Shown: piece after piece, positions 48,188-48,775 of the stretch
Position numbering within the stretch: the first letter of the stretch is position 1
Layout: each line of letters opens with the position of its first letter
IMG/VR virus record: IMGVR_UViG_3300025875_000045
Length of the DNA: 48,775 bases
Source: a virus
Strand: one strand, 5' to 3'
Made by a program: the position numbers and the translations under genes
The notes under the pieces: generated by a model
Database searches by the model: none
Seen by the model: the letters and a program-made list of their open reading frames with translations, nothing else
Told to the model about the DNA's origin: nothing

Positions 48188-48775
48188 TTAGAATATGTAA
48201 TATTGTGTGCCGTTAGATTTTATATTTGACCTTTCATATTGGCTACCTAGTACCATCGTATTTGCCATGTTAATATTTGTAGTGCCATTACCTTTAACCG
48301 TTACTGCATTTGCGCTTGCATCTGTTTTTACAACATGGACTGTTTTGCCTGCCATTGTACTAGCCGCTTCTAGGGTAATTGTTACAGCACCTGCCGTAGC
48401 ATCAGAAAATATAGTAAGCATACCATTGCGCCCGTAATCAGTAGCTAATACTGTGTAATTAGCGGTTTTAGTAAGATTGTTATCTAAGGCAGATGCATTG
48501 ACCTGATTCTGCAAGTAATATAATGCCTCTCTAAAAGCCACACCGCTTGTAACCTGTGTTGTTGCTCCTGCTGTTGAGTTAGTTCCAATAGTTGAAACCC
48601 TTACCTGTGTATCAAAATCCCTGTAGGTGTTAGCGTTAGAGTAGTACTGACCTGTGTTACCACCAGTAGCCGCATTTAGTTTTAAAGCTAAGGCATTAGT
48701 AATACTATTTTGTGTCATTGTACCAGTAGTACTTGTACCTGTGGCATCGAATATTAACACCGTACCCCTTAAAGC
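48188..48775 (-). CDS. Tail fiber protein, C-terminal part (continues from 1..1189 across the junction)
   Basis: The frame is open to the window end. The track start at 48760 is a GTG inside the true frame (...RGTVLIFDATGTSTTG...). Confidence 0.6.
   Translation of the reverse strand, partial: ALRGTVLIFDATGTSTTGTMTQNSITNALALKLNAATGGNTGQYYSNANTYRDFDTQVRVSTIGTNSTAGATTQVTSGVAFREALYYLQNQVNASALDNNLTKTANYTVLATDYGRNGMLTIFSDATAGAVTITLEAASTMAGKTVHVVKTDASANAVTVKGNGTTNINMANTMVLGSQYERSNIKSNGTQYYIF

Noticed and set aside
1-48775. Lysogeny module, reverse transcriptase systems (DGR, retron) and CRISPR-Cas or other multi-gene defence islands
   Set aside because: I scanned all ORF translations. I found no integrase or recombinase motifs, no RT YxDD motif and no Cas-like proteins. 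I also saw no template/variable repeat pair near the tail-fiber genes.

Overview
The window appears to be a complete tailed dsDNA phage genome. Its two ends share an exact 127-bp overlap (1..127 = 48649..48775), so the unique length is 48,648 bp, circular or circularly permuted. A 549-aa tail-fiber gene reads in frame across the junction. The phage looks siphovirus-like: it has a 1144-aa tape measure and no recognisable sheath protein. I found no integrase or lysogeny module.

Gene layout:
- The minus strand carries terS, terL, portal, scaffold, decoration protein, lambda-gpE-like capsid, connectors, tail tube, tape measure, large tail/baseplate proteins and tail fiber (24324 down to 1, wrapping to 47649).
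- The minus-strand lysis cassette (47615..44405) holds many small membrane proteins, an M15 endolysin and a spanin-like overlapping pair.
- The minus-strand early/replication module (38982..24657) holds a primase-helicase, replication organiser, NinG, an N6/N4 methyltransferase, two HNH endonucleases, an HD hydrolase, YopX and DUF551.
- The plus-strand early operon (39104..44214) holds an HTH regulator, an ERF annealase, a PD-(D/E)XK exonuclease and a short C5-methyltransferase-like protein.

Many transcription units are preceded by TTG / TAnnTTTG boxes and lack Shine-Dalgarno sequences. This is the established Bacteroidota sigma-A promoter grammar, so a Flavobacteriia/Bacteroidota host is inferred.

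Features that standard gene calls do not explain:
1. A 578-bp gene-free island inside the tail module (3577..4153). It has an outward-facing promoter, mutually exclusive long-range helix and terminator folds, and a 57-aa ORF.
2. A perfect 60-bp inverted repeat (promoter, 5'UTR and ATG) that drives two small-gene cassettes embedded in the structural module. One sits between the tape measure and the tail tip genes; the other sits between terL and portal.
3. A five-gene tRNA array with its own consensus promoter and an attenuator-like leader. One member is a non-canonical tRNA-like gene.
4. A spanin-like pair whose outer-membrane partner has no lipobox and instead ends in a four-strand, YadA-anchor-like beta region.
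5. A 53-bp perfect direct repeat bracketing a Zn-ribbon gene.
6. A structured 5' domain at the start of the packaging operon.

All functional calls rest on motif recognition by eye. No database search was run.
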